Source: a candidate division WOR-3 bacterium
Lineage (GTDB): Bacteria > Hydrothermota > Tepidihabitantia > Tepidihabitantales > DTDR01
Length of the DNA stretch: 34,498 bases
Reading direction: 5' to 3'
NCBI GenBank assembly: GCA_039801885.1
Contig: JBDRVN010000014.1
Coordinates: forward strand, 1 to 34,498
A program made the position numbers and the translations under genes. Numbering within the stretch: the stretch's first letter is position 1; each line of letters starts with the position of its first letter. Positions 18,252-28,656 of the stretch are shown piece after piece. The notes beneath the pieces are model-generated. The model did no database searches. It was given only the letters and a program-made list of their open reading frames with translations, and was not told the origin of the DNA.

Positions 18252-19537
18252 AGAAAATAAAAGTAGATTTAGTTACCCGTGTTGAGGGACACGGAAATAT
18301 TTACATTGAAATTTACAAAAATAAATTTAAAAGTATTAAATTTGAAATTCCTGAAGGACCAAGACTTTTTGAAACTCTGGTTGTTAACAAAAATCCAGAA
18401 GAGGTACTGAATATAGTGTGTCGGATTTGTGCAATTTGTAATGTCTCCCATCGTTATTCAGCCATTCGGGCATTAGAAAAAATTGGTAATATTAAAGTCC
18501 CTCACGAAATTATCCTTTTAAGAGATTTAGCCCATTATGGAGAAATGTTAGAAAGCCATGCCCTTCATCTCTTTTTTCTTGCCTTACCCGACTTTTTAGG
18601 ATTTCCGGATGCTGTTAATATGGCACAAAAATTTCCTGACCTTGTCCAGATTGGGTTGAGAATTAAGAAATTTGGAAATTTCTTAATGGAAAAAATTTTA
18701 GGAAGAATGATGCATGGCGAAAATATGGTTATTGGGGGTTTTGGCAGATATTTAACCGCTGAAGAACTAATGGACATTAAAAAGGAAGCCGAGCAATTAT
18801 TACCGGAAGCAATAAAATCTTGGGAAATTACTCGTGACCTTCATTATACCACTTTTGGTGAAGAAAGTATGCTTTTTGTTTGTCTAAAACCGCCAACTGA
18901 TGAATATGGTTTTTGGGGAGACGAAATATTAATTTCTAATGGTGAAGAATATCTTGTTGAAAAGTTTTATTCTCTTATTGAAGAAAAAATTATCCCCCAT
19001 TCATCAGCTAAACATGCTTATTATCAAAATCGACCTTATATGGTTGGTGCTTTGGCAAGAATGAGTCTGTTAGGAGAAAGATTACATAATGCCTCGGCGG
19101 AAGCTTTTAAAAAGAGTTATAGTTTAAGTTGGATAAGAAATCCTTTATATAACAATCTTGCCCAAGCAATTGAGATTATTTTTTCTTTAGAAAAAGTAAT
19201 CTCAACCGTAGATGAACTTTTAAAGAAAACACCCTTAGAAGAAACATTAATAACTTACCAAAAATTTAATGGAAAAGCTGTTGGCAGTGTTGAAGCACCC
19301 CGGGGAACTCTTTTTCACTATTACGAATTCAAAAATAAAAAATGTGTAAAGGCAAATTTAATTATTCCAACTGCTCAGAATTATGCCTCTATTGAACAAC
19401 ATTTAAAAATTTGTGCTTGCAATATAATTAAAAAATTTGGGGTAAAAGAAGACGAATTGATAGATGAATCAGAAAAAATTATTCGTGCCTATGACCCCTG
19501 TATTTCTTGTTCTTGTCATATTGTAAGAATTTCTTAA
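18248..19537 (+). CDS. hydA: Group 3b [NiFe]-hydrogenase large (alpha) subunit
   Basis: TRVEGHG, L1 RICAIC, EAPRG, L2 DPCISCSCH followed by a short tail IVRIS. Confidence 0.93.
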   Translation: MKKIKVDLVTRVEGHGNIYIEIYKNKFKSIKFEIPEGPRLFETLVVNKNPEEVLNIVCRICAICNVSHRYSAIRALEKIGNIKVPHEIILLRDLAHYGEMLESHALHLFFLALPDFLGFPDAVNMAQKFPDLVQIGLRIKKFGNFLMEKILGRMMHGENMVIGGFGRYLTAEELMDIKKEAEQLLPEAIKSWEITRDLHYTTFGEESMLFVCLKPPTDEYGFWGDEILISNGEEYLVEKFYSLIEEKIIPHSSAKHAYYQNRPYMVGALARMSLLGERLHNASAEAFKKSYSLSWIRNPLYNNLAQAIEIIFSLEKVISTVDELLKKTPLEETLITYQKFNGKAVGSVEAPRGTLFHYYEFKNKKCVKANLIIPTAQNYASIEQHLKICACNIIKKFGVKEDELIDESEKIIRAYDPCISCSCHIVRIS

Positions 19538-20142
19538 TATCCCCAAATTTCTTCAAGATAAACTTTTCTTCGACAGGTAGGACAAAGAATTTGCAAATGA
19601 CTAGCTCGGTAAGGAATTTCTTCTATTTCTGTTTTTGGCTCGTAAACCAAACCTAATTCTTTATAATAAGTTAAAAATAAGGTTGGGTTAGTAGACATTA
19701 AAGTACCTACCTTTTTGGCAATCCAAACAATTTGATCTTTGGGTGCTATCACTTCGCCACAAGAAACACATAAAACTAAATCCTTTTCTATTTCATTTCT
19801 ATATCCTTCTTTTTTTAAAGAGGCCAAATCAAATTCCGGAGTATGCTTAATTCCTTCACCGGTAATACAATACCTTACACATTGGCCGCAATAAATACAC
19901 TTCTCTTGGTAATGAATAACCCTTCTAATTTTTCTTTCCTTATCATCAATTATTTCTCTTGCCTTTGAAGGACAAACTTCGACGCAAGCCCCACAACCAA
20001 CACATTTTTCTTCATTGAAAACGATTTTTCCCCGAAAATTAGGGAAAACTTTTGCTGGCTTATAAGGAAATTTTATTGTATAAGGACCTTTAAAAATTGC
20101 CTTGATGGCTTCTTTTAATTCTCTTAATTTAGGTTGCCTCAT
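19534..20142 (-). CDS. NuoI/MbhN/HycF-like 2x[4Fe-4S] subunit
   Basis: PYT, FRG, CVGCGACVEVCP, CIYCGQCVRYC, plus C-terminal CVSC and CPTC pair. Confidence 0.88.
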   Translation of the reverse strand: MRQPKLRELKEAIKAIFKGPYTIKFPYKPAKVFPNFRGKIVFNEEKCVGCGACVEVCPSKAREIIDDKERKIRRVIHYQEKCIYCGQCVRYCITGEGIKHTPEFDLASLKKEGYRNEIEKDLVLCVSCGEVIAPKDQIVWIAKKVGTLMSTNPTLFLTYYKELGLVYEPKTEIEEIPYRASHLQILCPTCRRKVYLEEIWGY

Positions 20143-20494
20143 CTTCTTTGCTTATTTGAGAATAACCTTTTTTATCTTCACTAAATTTATCAACAATACT
20201 TTTATGCCAAAGCTTTGTTCCAAAAAGTAGTGAACCACGGGATAAAGCATGGGCAGCAACCGGCATAGTAAAAAGAATGAATAAGGCGCAAATTAAAGCC
20301 TTTATTCCCATTTGTGTAAAACCGCTAATAAAAAAGATACCAAACATTATACCACAGGTGCCAATAGTAACGCATTTTGTTGATGCTTGCATACGATTAT
20401 ATAAATCAGGAAACTTTACTAACCCCAAAGCACCTAATAAATCAAAAATTATCCCCAAAATGATAAATATCCAACCTAAATAATAAAAAAACAT
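20129..20494 (-). CDS. mrpG: MrpG/MbhC subunit
   Basis: GLVKFPDLYNRMQASTK, PVAAHAL. Confidence 0.88.
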   Translation of the reverse strand: MFFYYLGWIFIILGIIFDLLGALGLVKFPDLYNRMQASTKCVTIGTCGIMFGIFFISGFTQMGIKALICALFILFTMPVAAHALSRGSLLFGTKLWHKSIVDKFSEDKKGYSQISKEDEAT

Positions 20495-20510
20495 ATGTTC
20501 TCCTTTTTAT

Positions 20511-20765
20511 TTAATCATCCAAATTTTTTCCTTCCAAATATTTTGCTAATGCCAAAGTTCCAACAAAAGCTAATATTGCAATGGTAATAGAAAGGTCCAA
20601 TAAATAAGGTAAATTATAACGAAAAGCCATCAAAGCGGTTATTCCGCAGAAAAGGATTGACATAATATCAACAGCGATTGCCCGATCAGAAATCGAAGGT
20701 CCTCTTAATGCACGATAAAGACTAAAAAAGGCAGCTAACGATAAAATAGTAATTAAAATACTCAT
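20511..20765 (-). CDS. mrpF: MrpF/MbhB subunit
   Basis: RALRGPSISDRAIAVD, FVGTLALAKYL. Confidence 0.88.
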   Translation of the reverse strand: MSILITILSLAAFFSLYRALRGPSISDRAIAVDIMSILFCGITALMAFRYNLPYLLDLSITIAILAFVGTLALAKYLEGKNLDD

Positions 20766-20771
20766 ATTTAT

Positions 20772-21260
20772 TTACTCAAAAATCCTTTTTAAATATTTTT
20801 CAAAAGTTTGAGCAATTATTTTCTTTGCTTTTTCCTCGTCTTCTTCTTTTATCCAAATCCAATGAATATAAAGGGTATCACCATCAATTTCACAGGTCAT
20901 TGTTCCCGGCGTCAAAGTAATCGAATTGGCTAAAAAGGTTTTAGCAGTTTCCGTTTTTAAAGATGTTTTTATTTTTATAATCCCTGGTTTTAAAGGCATA
21001 CTGGGATGCAAAACTCTTAAAGCAACATCTAAATTCGCTTCTAAACACTTATAAGCAAAGATGGGGATGTAAACTAAAAACCAAAACCACCGGTGGATTT
21101 GGAAAATTTTTATTGGCTTTTCAATAAAATAACCACCAAAAATAATGGCACTTAAGAATGAAACCAAAATACCGATAATAATTTCATCATAATTTAAATT
21201 AAAGGTGAGCAAAAACCACAAAATCAAAGCAACAATAAAAAAGATAACCTTTCTCATCAT
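20772..21260 (-). CDS. mrpE: MrpE/MbhA subunit
   Basis: ANLDVA, KPGI, LANSITLTPGT, LYIH. Confidence 0.9.
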   Translation of the reverse strand: MMRKVIFFIVALILWFLLTFNLNYDEIIIGILVSFLSAIIFGGYFIEKPIKIFQIHRWFWFLVYIPIFAYKCLEANLDVALRVLHPSMPLKPGIIKIKTSLKTETAKTFLANSITLTPGTMTCEIDGDTLYIHWIWIKEEDEEKAKKIIAQTFEKYLKRIFE

Positions 21261-22756
21261 CTCATTAAAACTAATCTTGCGTATTCAATACCTCTAATTA
21301 TTGCTTCGCTTGCCTTACTAATTAAATTTGGTTCTAAATAATTAAAATAGAAAATACCAAGAATAAAAATTAGAAAGACCAAAAATAGAAAACTAATTAC
21401 CATTGAACCTGACTCTCTCACTTCTTCGCCTTCTCTTTTTGTAAAAGCTTTGTTAGTAATTTTTAATAAATAAGCTAAAGTTAATATTGAAAATATTCCT
21501 AAAACAATTGCTAGTCCAAACATTTTTTCTTTAATGGCTCCTAAAATTAAAAATAGTTTTGGGAAGAATCCTAAGAAAGGCGGAATTCCTGCCAAAGAAA
21601 GAGCACCCAAAGTATAAACTATTCCGGAAAAAGACATTCTCTTTTTCAAAAGAGCAAGTTCATTAATATCCAAAGTACCCATTTCTCTTTCCACCGGTCC
21701 AGCAGTCAAAAATAAAAGACCTTTGCCTAAAGCATGGGCAAAAATTAAAGATAAAGCACCGGTAATACCCCAGAAGTTAGCCATACCTAATCCAACAAAA
21801 ATATAACCAATTTGACTAATACTGGAATAAGCTAACAATCTTTTATAATTTTCTTGTTTTAAGGCAATAAAGCCAGCAATTATAATTGATAAAATTCCCA
21901 AAATAAGCAGAATATCAAAATAATAAGGAGCATTATTTCTATTTAAGCCAAATACATTAAAGATTAAACGGGAAAGAGCGTAAACACCCAAGGTTTTAAT
22001 AAATACACCAGAAAGCATTGCTGAAATTGGAGCCGGTGCTTTGGAATGGGCATCCGGCAACCAAAAATGGAAAGGAAAGAGAGCAGATTTTATTAGAAAT
22101 CCAAAGGTTAGAAGAGAGATAATAAACCAAAATAAAGTTCCCTTATTTTCATTTATAAAAGTATTAGCAATATCTGCCATATTCAATGTCGAAGTTTTTG
22201 CGTAAATAAGAGCAATTGCTAAAAGAATAGTTAAACCAGCAATCTCGCCAATAACTTGGTATTTAAAACTGGCTTCTAAATCTTCTTTTTCCACACCAAA
22301 AGCAACTAAGGCATAAGAAGAAATTGCCGAAATTTCAATAAAAACAAAAAGGTTAAATAAATCACCGGTAATTGCAATACCGTTTAAACCAGCCACCATT
22401 AATAAGAATAATGTCCAGAACTTCCAGCGACCAGTATAATTATCTAAATAAATAATTGAGTAAATGGCACAAGCAAAACTTAAAAGATTAATTATCAAAA
22501 CCATTAATAATGATAAATTATCAAAGGTAAACACTATTCCTAAAGGAATCGGTTTTATTGGCCATTTGCCAATCTCATAGACATAAATATTACCGAAAAT
22601 TGGCAATAGAAAAAGGGAATAGACACTTAAAATCAATAGTAATGTAGTGATAATATTTCCAATAATATCTGATAATCTTTCCCATATCTTAGAAAGCAAG
22701 GGAGTTAAAAAAGCACCTAATAAAGGTAAAGCAGTAAATAAGGGTAGGTAATTCAT
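21257..22756 (-). CDS. mrpD: MrpD/MbhH antiporter-like subunit
   Basis: TGDLFNLFVFIEI, IKSALFPFHFWLPDAH, KRLLAYSSISQIG, GIPPFLGFFPK. Confidence 0.9.
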   Translation of the reverse strand: MNYLPLFTALPLLGAFLTPLLSKIWERLSDIIGNIITTLLLILSVYSLFLLPIFGNIYVYEIGKWPIKPIPLGIVFTFDNLSLLMVLIINLLSFACAIYSIIYLDNYTGRWKFWTLFLLMVAGLNGIAITGDLFNLFVFIEISAISSYALVAFGVEKEDLEASFKYQVIGEIAGLTILLAIALIYAKTSTLNMADIANTFINENKGTLFWFIISLLTFGFLIKSALFPFHFWLPDAHSKAPAPISAMLSGVFIKTLGVYALSRLIFNVFGLNRNNAPYYFDILLILGILSIIIAGFIALKQENYKRLLAYSSISQIGYIFVGLGMANFWGITGALSLIFAHALGKGLLFLTAGPVEREMGTLDINELALLKKRMSFSGIVYTLGALSLAGIPPFLGFFPKLFLILGAIKEKMFGLAIVLGIFSILTLAYLLKITNKAFTKREGEEVRESGSMVISFLFLVFLIFILGIFYFNYLEPNLISKASEAIIRGIEYARLVLMR

Positions 22757-23091
22757 TCTTTCAACCTTTTTATTTCTTTAATGTCAAAAGTTTTATATTT
22801 TTCATAAATTCTTATCGCTACGGATAAAAGCAAAGCAGTTGTTCCCAAACCAATTACGATTGCTGTCAAAACCAAAGCTTGGGGAATTGGGTCGACAAAG
22901 TTCTTTGTCTGTTGAACATTGGTATAAATTGGTGCTAAGGCATCTTTTTTATAACCAATAAACGCAAAAAATAGATTTACCGCATATTCCAATAAGCAAA
23001 AGCCAATAGCAATTTTAATTAAATTCCTTTTTGTTAATATCGCATAAATACCAACTAAAAAAAGGAATATACAACCTAAATAAGGCAACAT
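22753..23091 (-). CDS. mrpC: MrpC/MbhG subunit
   Basis: NLIKIAIG, DPIPQALVLTAIVIG. Confidence 0.92.
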   Translation of the reverse strand: MLPYLGCIFLFLVGIYAILTKRNLIKIAIGFCLLEYAVNLFFAFIGYKKDALAPIYTNVQQTKNFVDPIPQALVLTAIVIGLGTTALLLSVAIRIYEKYKTFDIKEIKRLKE

Positions 23092-23093
23092 AA

Positions 23094-23528
23094 CTACTCC
23101 TTCATTATAAATCTTGTTGCTGCTATTGCTAAAAAAATAGCAAAAAGTCCAGCCCCTACTTTTATTCCGATAGCGATATTACACAAAGGTATTATTCCCG
23201 AAGAAAAAAGCATAAAGACTTTTCCTTTTGGTAAAAAATTGTAGAAAAATTGAGAACCCAAAATAAGACCAAATAAAGCAATAAGAACAAATAGAAGTCC
23301 GCCGATGCTTTCAAAGATGGAGGAGTAAATATAACTTATCCTTTCTTTTAGTTCTTCGCTACCAAAGGCGAGGATTAAAAGAATAAAGGAAGCAGAAATT
23401 ATTACTCCGCCAGCAAAACCACCACCAGGAGTTAGATGACCGTGGAAAATAATATATATTCCATAAAGAAAAATTAATCCAACCAAAAGTTTCGTTATCG
23501 TTTTTACAATAATTGTCATCCCTCTCAT
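23094..23528 (-). CDS. mrpB: MrpB/MbhF subunit
   Basis: HGHLTPGGGFAGG. Confidence 0.9.
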   Translation of the reverse strand: MRGMTIIVKTITKLLVGLIFLYGIYIIFHGHLTPGGGFAGGVIISASFILLILAFGSEELKERISYIYSSIFESIGGLLFVLIALFGLILGSQFFYNFLPKGKVFMLFSSGIIPLCNIAIGIKVGAGLFAIFLAIAATRFIMKE

Positions 23529-24058
23529 TTTATTTTCCCTATCTTTCTTAAAATTGTTAATACTCCAATTACGGAAGTAAAAAGAACAGTTGCTTCTCCT
23601 AAGGTATCATATCCCCGAAAATCCAAAATAATTGCTGCCACTTGATTGGCTGCTCTTATCTCTTCAAATCCTTTTACTAAATAATGAGAAGCAATTTTCA
23701 TAATTGGCTGACCAAAATGAGGTATCTCTTTTAACGCAGAAATAGAAAAGAGTAAAAAGAATATTCCAAAAAGAACAAAAACTCCTTTTGTTAAATAATC
23801 TCTTACATCCCTTCTATCTTCTAAGGTTGTATCAATATGAGTAGTTTTTAATATCACTCCAACAAAGATAACTACTGTTAAAACTTCAACAACTATTTGG
23901 ACAATTGCCAAATCAGGTGCCTGGGTTAAAATAAACATAATCGCAACAGAAAACCCAACAACTCCTAAAGAGATTGCTGAAGCCAATAAATCTTTAATCT
24001 CTACTGCCACAATCCCGGCACCAATAGCAACTATTAATAAAATATAAAGCTCAATCAT
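23525..24058 (-). CDS. MbhD-MbhE fusion (MrpA C-terminal-like)
   Basis: APDLAIVQ (MbhD-like) and ILDFRGYDTLGEATVLF (MbhE-like). Confidence 0.85.
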   Translation of the reverse strand: MIELYILLIVAIGAGIVAVEIKDLLASAISLGVVGFSVAIMFILTQAPDLAIVQIVVEVLTVVIFVGVILKTTHIDTTLEDRRDVRDYLTKGVFVLFGIFFLLFSISALKEIPHFGQPIMKIASHYLVKGFEEIRAANQVAAIILDFRGYDTLGEATVLFTSVIGVLTILRKIGKIK

Positions 24059-25938
24059 AAAATTAAAATTAATAAAATTATAATAATTCCGATAAATATT
24101 ACAACTAAATAATCACTTAAAGTTCCTGATTGCATTTTTCTCAACAAACTACCAAAAATTTCCGAAAAATAGATAATTGCCTGATAGATTAATTCTAAAA
24201 TGTAATCAATCACTTTTTTAAATAATAAAGATAAAACACCAAAAATTGCCTTAAAATAATTGTAAAAATCAAAGCTACCTTCTTCGCCAAATTCATATCC
24301 TTTGCTTAATAATGGTGCTTCTTTGATTGGCGAATAGAATTGGTCGCCAGAGAAATGTCTCTCTTCTTCTTTTAACATTTCGCCACCAACAAAAATCTCC
24401 TTTCTTTTAACTTTTTTCACGGTGCCTAATATATAAATAATAAAGCCAATAATAGCACCCAAAATAATCAAAATAAATGCCAATAAAGGTTGCCAAAAAC
24501 CAAACTCTTCAATTTTAAATGGTAAAGAGGGATAGACGAGTCCTTTTAGTGGTAAAGGAATAGCTAATATACCAAATAAAAGGCATAAAAATGCTAATAA
24601 AGTCGAAGGAAACCATAATGAAAAATTAACCTCTTTTATCTTTTCATAATCCTTTGGTCTTTCACCAAGAAAAATTGAATGGGTTAACTTTAAAAACGAT
24701 GCCAAAGTAAGGATACTGCCAAGCATTACTGCTAAGAGATATAAAGGAAATAGATAATTTCCTTCTTTATATAAATAAATAACTCCTTGATAAACCATCC
24801 ATTTTGAGAAGAAACCATTTAATGGCGGAATTCCCGAAATTGCTAAAGCAGAAATCAAAAAGGAGGTAAAGGTTATTGGCATATTAGTTGCTAAACCACC
24901 AAGTTTTTCAATTTTTGTTTCTTTTGTCCAGAACTCTACTTGACCAGTAGTTAAAAAGAGACAACTTTTATAAATTGCATGATTAAGCATATGAAAAAGT
25001 CCACCGGCAATACCAATCGGAATTCCGGTGCCAATTCCTAAAACCATATAACCAACTTGGGATACGGCATGAAAAGAAAGAAGCTTCATCGCCTCTTTTT
25101 GGATTAGCGCCATTAATACTGCTGCTAAAATTGTTATTGAGCCAATTATCATTAAATAATTTTTCAATATAAAATTGGTATTTAAATCAAAAAGATAATA
25201 ACTTGCTCTTAAAAGAAGATAAATTCCCAAAAGTTTATCTAAGGACGCTGGAATAAATGCCATTGTTGATGCTGGCATAACTTTGCTAATCTCCGGTATC
25301 CAAGAATGGAGGGGAATAGCACCTGCTTTGGCAAAGCAACCAATTGTAATTAGAATAAAAGCAAGGATATTTATAGTATTATTTAAAGATAATCGCCAAT
25401 TTAAAGAAATATTGCCGTAGGAAATGAATAATAAGGCAAGCCCAAGGATTAATAGAAAATCACTGAGACCTAAAATAAAGATGCTTTTTATAAAGGCAGA
25501 TTCACCATTATTTTTAGTAGTAAGTTGGAAAAAGCCAAAAATTAAAGAGAGCAAAATTCCCCAAAAGATTATTAGTGTTAAAATATCTCCTGCCAAAGCA
25601 ATTCCGCAACTAATTGCACCAATCAAGAGAAGATAATAGAAATATTCTTTTTTCTTTTCATAGTATTTTAAATAACGGATAGAATAAATTAAAATCAAAA
25701 GGGTAAAAAGGGAAATAAATAAAATAATAAAACCACTTAATTTATCAGTACTTAAATTTAATATATCAAAAATCTTTCTGGTTATTTCTATTTTTCTTGA
25801 TATAAGGAAAATTCTTATTGCGTAATAAAAGTTTAAAATTGCTCCTAAGAAATAAAACTCGTTTCTTAAAAAACTAATTAAATAACCTAAAAATCCAAAA
25901 ATTATCGGTAAAACAATTAAAAGTTCAAAACTACTCAT
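24055..25938 (-). CDS. Large antiporter-like subunit (NuoL/MrpA/HyfB family)
   Basis: AKAGAIPLHSWIP, KLLSFHAVSQVGYM, HMLNHAIYKSCLFL, GIPPLNGFFSKW, long C-terminal extension ending in QSG plus a TM helix. Confidence 0.85.
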   Translation of the reverse strand: MSSFELLIVLPIIFGFLGYLISFLRNEFYFLGAILNFYYAIRIFLISRKIEITRKIFDILNLSTDKLSGFIILFISLFTLLILIYSIRYLKYYEKKKEYFYYLLLIGAISCGIALAGDILTLIIFWGILLSLIFGFFQLTTKNNGESAFIKSIFILGLSDFLLILGLALLFISYGNISLNWRLSLNNTINILAFILITIGCFAKAGAIPLHSWIPEISKVMPASTMAFIPASLDKLLGIYLLLRASYYLFDLNTNFILKNYLMIIGSITILAAVLMALIQKEAMKLLSFHAVSQVGYMVLGIGTGIPIGIAGGLFHMLNHAIYKSCLFLTTGQVEFWTKETKIEKLGGLATNMPITFTSFLISALAISGIPPLNGFFSKWMVYQGVIYLYKEGNYLFPLYLLAVMLGSILTLASFLKLTHSIFLGERPKDYEKIKEVNFSLWFPSTLLAFLCLLFGILAIPLPLKGLVYPSLPFKIEEFGFWQPLLAFILIILGAIIGFIIYILGTVKKVKRKEIFVGGEMLKEEERHFSGDQFYSPIKEAPLLSKGYEFGEEGSFDFYNYFKAIFGVLSLLFKKVIDYILELIYQAIIYFSEIFGSLLRKMQSGTLSDYLVVIFIGIIIILLILIL

Positions 25939-27053
25939 AAAATCTTAAAAAAGTAAATCAAAAATATAACTCCAAATATTAGTAATAAAAGTCCAAAAAT
26001 ATAAACAATAGAATTAGCGATAATATTTTCTCCTTTCTCTTTTTTTAATAGTGGATAAAATTTTAAGGTATAAAGCAAAGTAAAAAGGGAACTAATTATT
26101 GCTAAAATTCCTAAAAAGATATTTATTTTTAAACTACCAATAATAATCAGTAGTTTACCAACAAAACCAAGAAACGGTGGAATTCCCATTAAAGATAAAG
26201 ATAAAAGTGCCAGTCCAAAATTAGTTCCGTTATCTTCTTTTGCTTCCATTTTGTAGAATAATCCGGGCTTCGTTAAGGCATGGGAAAGAATTAGAATTAA
26301 GGCACCAATTATTCCGTATTCATTTTTTAAAGCGAAACCAAGTAAGATAAGAGAAAGTTGACTAATTGTGGAATATGCCAAAATCCTTTTTATCTCCTTC
26401 TCAAAATAGGCAATTCCACCAGCAATTATTGAGGTGAAGATGGCTAAAATAATAACAAAATAATAGAAACTAGTTTCAACTTCCAACCAAAAAGAAGTAA
26501 ATATCTTATAAAAGACAACCAAACCTAAATTTTCTGCTATTCCACAAAGAAGGGCAATCACCGGTATCGGTGAAACTTCGTAAACCGGAGGTAGCCAATT
26601 ATAAAAAGGAATAATCGCTGATTTCGTAAAGATACCACAGGAGATTAAAACGGCGGAAGTTAAAGAAATATTGTAAATATTTTCTAAATTAAAAGCCTCA
26701 AAAGAAATTCTTTCAATATTATTCTCTGTTAAAATCAATAAAATTCCGATTAACATTAATATCGCACCAGCAAAATTAAAGTATAAAAGGTAATTACCTG
26801 CCTTAATATTCTCTCTTTTTATTAATACCAATCGCCAAGTTGCTAATGTGGATATTTCAAAGAAGATATAAACTAATAAGAGATTATTGGAAATAATAAT
26901 AAAATAGCTGGAGATAATAAGCAGAATTAAAAAAAGATAAAACTCAAAATTCCTCACTAATTTATCTTTAAAAGAATAAATTAAAGTTGCCAAGAAGGGA
27001 AGGAGAAAGGTAAATAATAAGTATTGATTTACAAAATTTTTATCTAAAATCAT
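25935..27053 (-). CDS. Shortened antiporter-like subunit
   Basis: FFEIST, TKSAIIPFYNWLP, KRILAYSTISQL, HALTK, GIPPFLGFVGK; only 372 aa. Confidence 0.8.
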   Translation of the reverse strand: MILDKNFVNQYLLFTFLLPFLATLIYSFKDKLVRNFEFYLFLILLIISSYFIIISNNLLLVYIFFEISTLATWRLVLIKRENIKAGNYLLYFNFAGAILMLIGILLILTENNIERISFEAFNLENIYNISLTSAVLISCGIFTKSAIIPFYNWLPPVYEVSPIPVIALLCGIAENLGLVVFYKIFTSFWLEVETSFYYFVIILAIFTSIIAGGIAYFEKEIKRILAYSTISQLSLILLGFALKNEYGIIGALILILSHALTKPGLFYKMEAKEDNGTNFGLALLSLSLMGIPPFLGFVGKLLIIIGSLKINIFLGILAIISSLFTLLYTLKFYPLLKKEKGENIIANSIVYIFGLLLLIFGVIFLIYFFKIL

Positions 27054-28228
27054 ATTTTATTATATTTCCTTTTTAATTTTTCCGTCAATTCCCAAGATAA
27101 TTTTAAAATATCTTCATATTCCATAATTTTCTTATTATCAGAATAGACAGTAATTCTTTCCGTACAACAATAGCAAGGATCAACAGCTGCTAAAGTTAAT
27201 GCCGCATCAGCAATTGAATAGTCAACACAGGCATAGGCATTAGAAGCGATATTCATATAACTGGGTGCTCTTATTTTATGTCTAATTGGATGGTTCATTC
27301 CGCTTGTCCTTACATAGTGAAAAACTTCTCCCCTTGGTGCCTCTGCCCTGCCAATTCCTTCGCCCATCGGAATCTCGTCAACTTTTGTCTCAATCTCGCC
27401 TTTGGGCATCTTTTTTAAACATTGTCTAATTATCTTTATTGATTCTAAACATTCTAACAATCTTACTTTCGCCTTGGCTAATACATCTCCCTCTTCAAAG
27501 GTAATCACATCCCAATCAATTTTATCATATGCGGCGTGTGGGTCATCTTTTCTCACATCTATTTTTAAGCCGCTCGCCCGCGCTGTCGGACCAACAACAC
27601 CGTAATCAATTGCTACTTCTTTTGGTAAGATACCAACATCCTTTAATCTTGCTAAAATTACCGGGTCATCTAAAATTGCCTTGGTAAACATCCAAGTTGC
27701 CTTTTCTACTTCTAATAATATATTTTCAATTATTGGTATCTGTTCATCTTTTATATCCCATCTGACACCACCCACTTTATTCATCGCATAATGATTTCGA
27801 TTTCCGGTAATCATCTCAAAAATGTCTAATACCGGTTCCCGATATTTCCACGCCCACATCCAGACAGTATTATAACCAATAAAATGACCAGCCAGTCCAA
27901 GCCAAAGAAAATGAGAATGGATTCTTTCTAATTCGTGATTTATTGTCCTTATATATAATGCCCTTTCGGGTACCTGGATTTTTGCTGCATCTTCTACCGC
28001 CTGGACAAAAGCCAAAGGATGGGAATTAGAACAAATACCGCATATCCTTTCTACTAAATAGGCAATTTGTTCATAAGTCATTTTTGGTGATAAAAATTCG
28101 TGTCCCCGATGATTGTAACCAATGTTAATTTCTAACTCTACCACCTTTTCTCCTTCAACAATTAATTTAAAGAATTCCGGCTCCTCTTGTAAAGGATGAT
28201 AAGGACCAATTGGAATAACCCTTCTCAT
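27050..28228 (-). CDS. Group 4 [NiFe]-hydrogenase large subunit (MbhL/EchE-like)
   Basis: IGPYHP, GYNHRG, L1 ERICGIC, EAPRGE, L2 DPCYCCTER followed by a C-terminal tail. Confidence 0.92.
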   Translation of the reverse strand: MRRVIPIGPYHPLQEEPEFFKLIVEGEKVVELEINIGYNHRGHEFLSPKMTYEQIAYLVERICGICSNSHPLAFVQAVEDAAKIQVPERALYIRTINHELERIHSHFLWLGLAGHFIGYNTVWMWAWKYREPVLDIFEMITGNRNHYAMNKVGGVRWDIKDEQIPIIENILLEVEKATWMFTKAILDDPVILARLKDVGILPKEVAIDYGVVGPTARASGLKIDVRKDDPHAAYDKIDWDVITFEEGDVLAKAKVRLLECLESIKIIRQCLKKMPKGEIETKVDEIPMGEGIGRAEAPRGEVFHYVRTSGMNHPIRHKIRAPSYMNIASNAYACVDYSIADAALTLAAVDPCYCCTERITVYSDNKKIMEYEDILKLSWELTEKLKRKYNKI

Positions 28229-28656
28229 ATCCCTTCGTAATCTCTTCTTAAAGGATGTTTATCTCTTGGCCAATCCTCACTTGTTAATAATGGTTTTAAG
28301 TTTTTATGACCAATAAAATTAACGCCAAGAAGTTCCCAAATCTCTCTCTCAATCCATTCGCTTGCTTTCGTAATATCTGAGATAGTATCAACTTTTGGAT
28401 TATCTCTCTCTGTAAGAATTTTTACCGTGTAATATGTTCCAGTTTTATCTTCGGAAAAATGATAAAGGATTTCTATACCATCTCTCGTATCAATACCGGT
28501 CATAATGGATAACCTTAAACCTTTTTCTTTGTGTAAAAAGTGAGCAATCTCTCTAATCTTTTCTTTACTTATTTTTAAATATAATCTTCTTTTGTTATGT
28601 TCGTAAACTTCTATTTCGGGAAATCTATTTTTTATCTCTCCTAACAATTCATTCAT
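28225..28656 (-). CDS. NuoC/MbhK-like subunit
   Basis: EILYHF, ASEWIEREIWELLGVNFIGH, HPLRRD. Confidence 0.9.
   Translation of the reverse strand: MNELLGEIKNRFPEIEVYEHNKRRLYLKISKEKIREIAHFLHKEKGLRLSIMTGIDTRDGIEILYHFSEDKTGTYYTVKILTERDNPKVDTISDITKASEWIEREIWELLGVNFIGHKNLKPLLTSEDWPRDKHPLRRDYEGI

Noticed and set aside
27050-28228. Mbx/Mbs, Ehr or NuoD (Ni-free) subunit
   Set aside because: Both CxxC Ni-binding motifs and a cleavable-looking tail are present.
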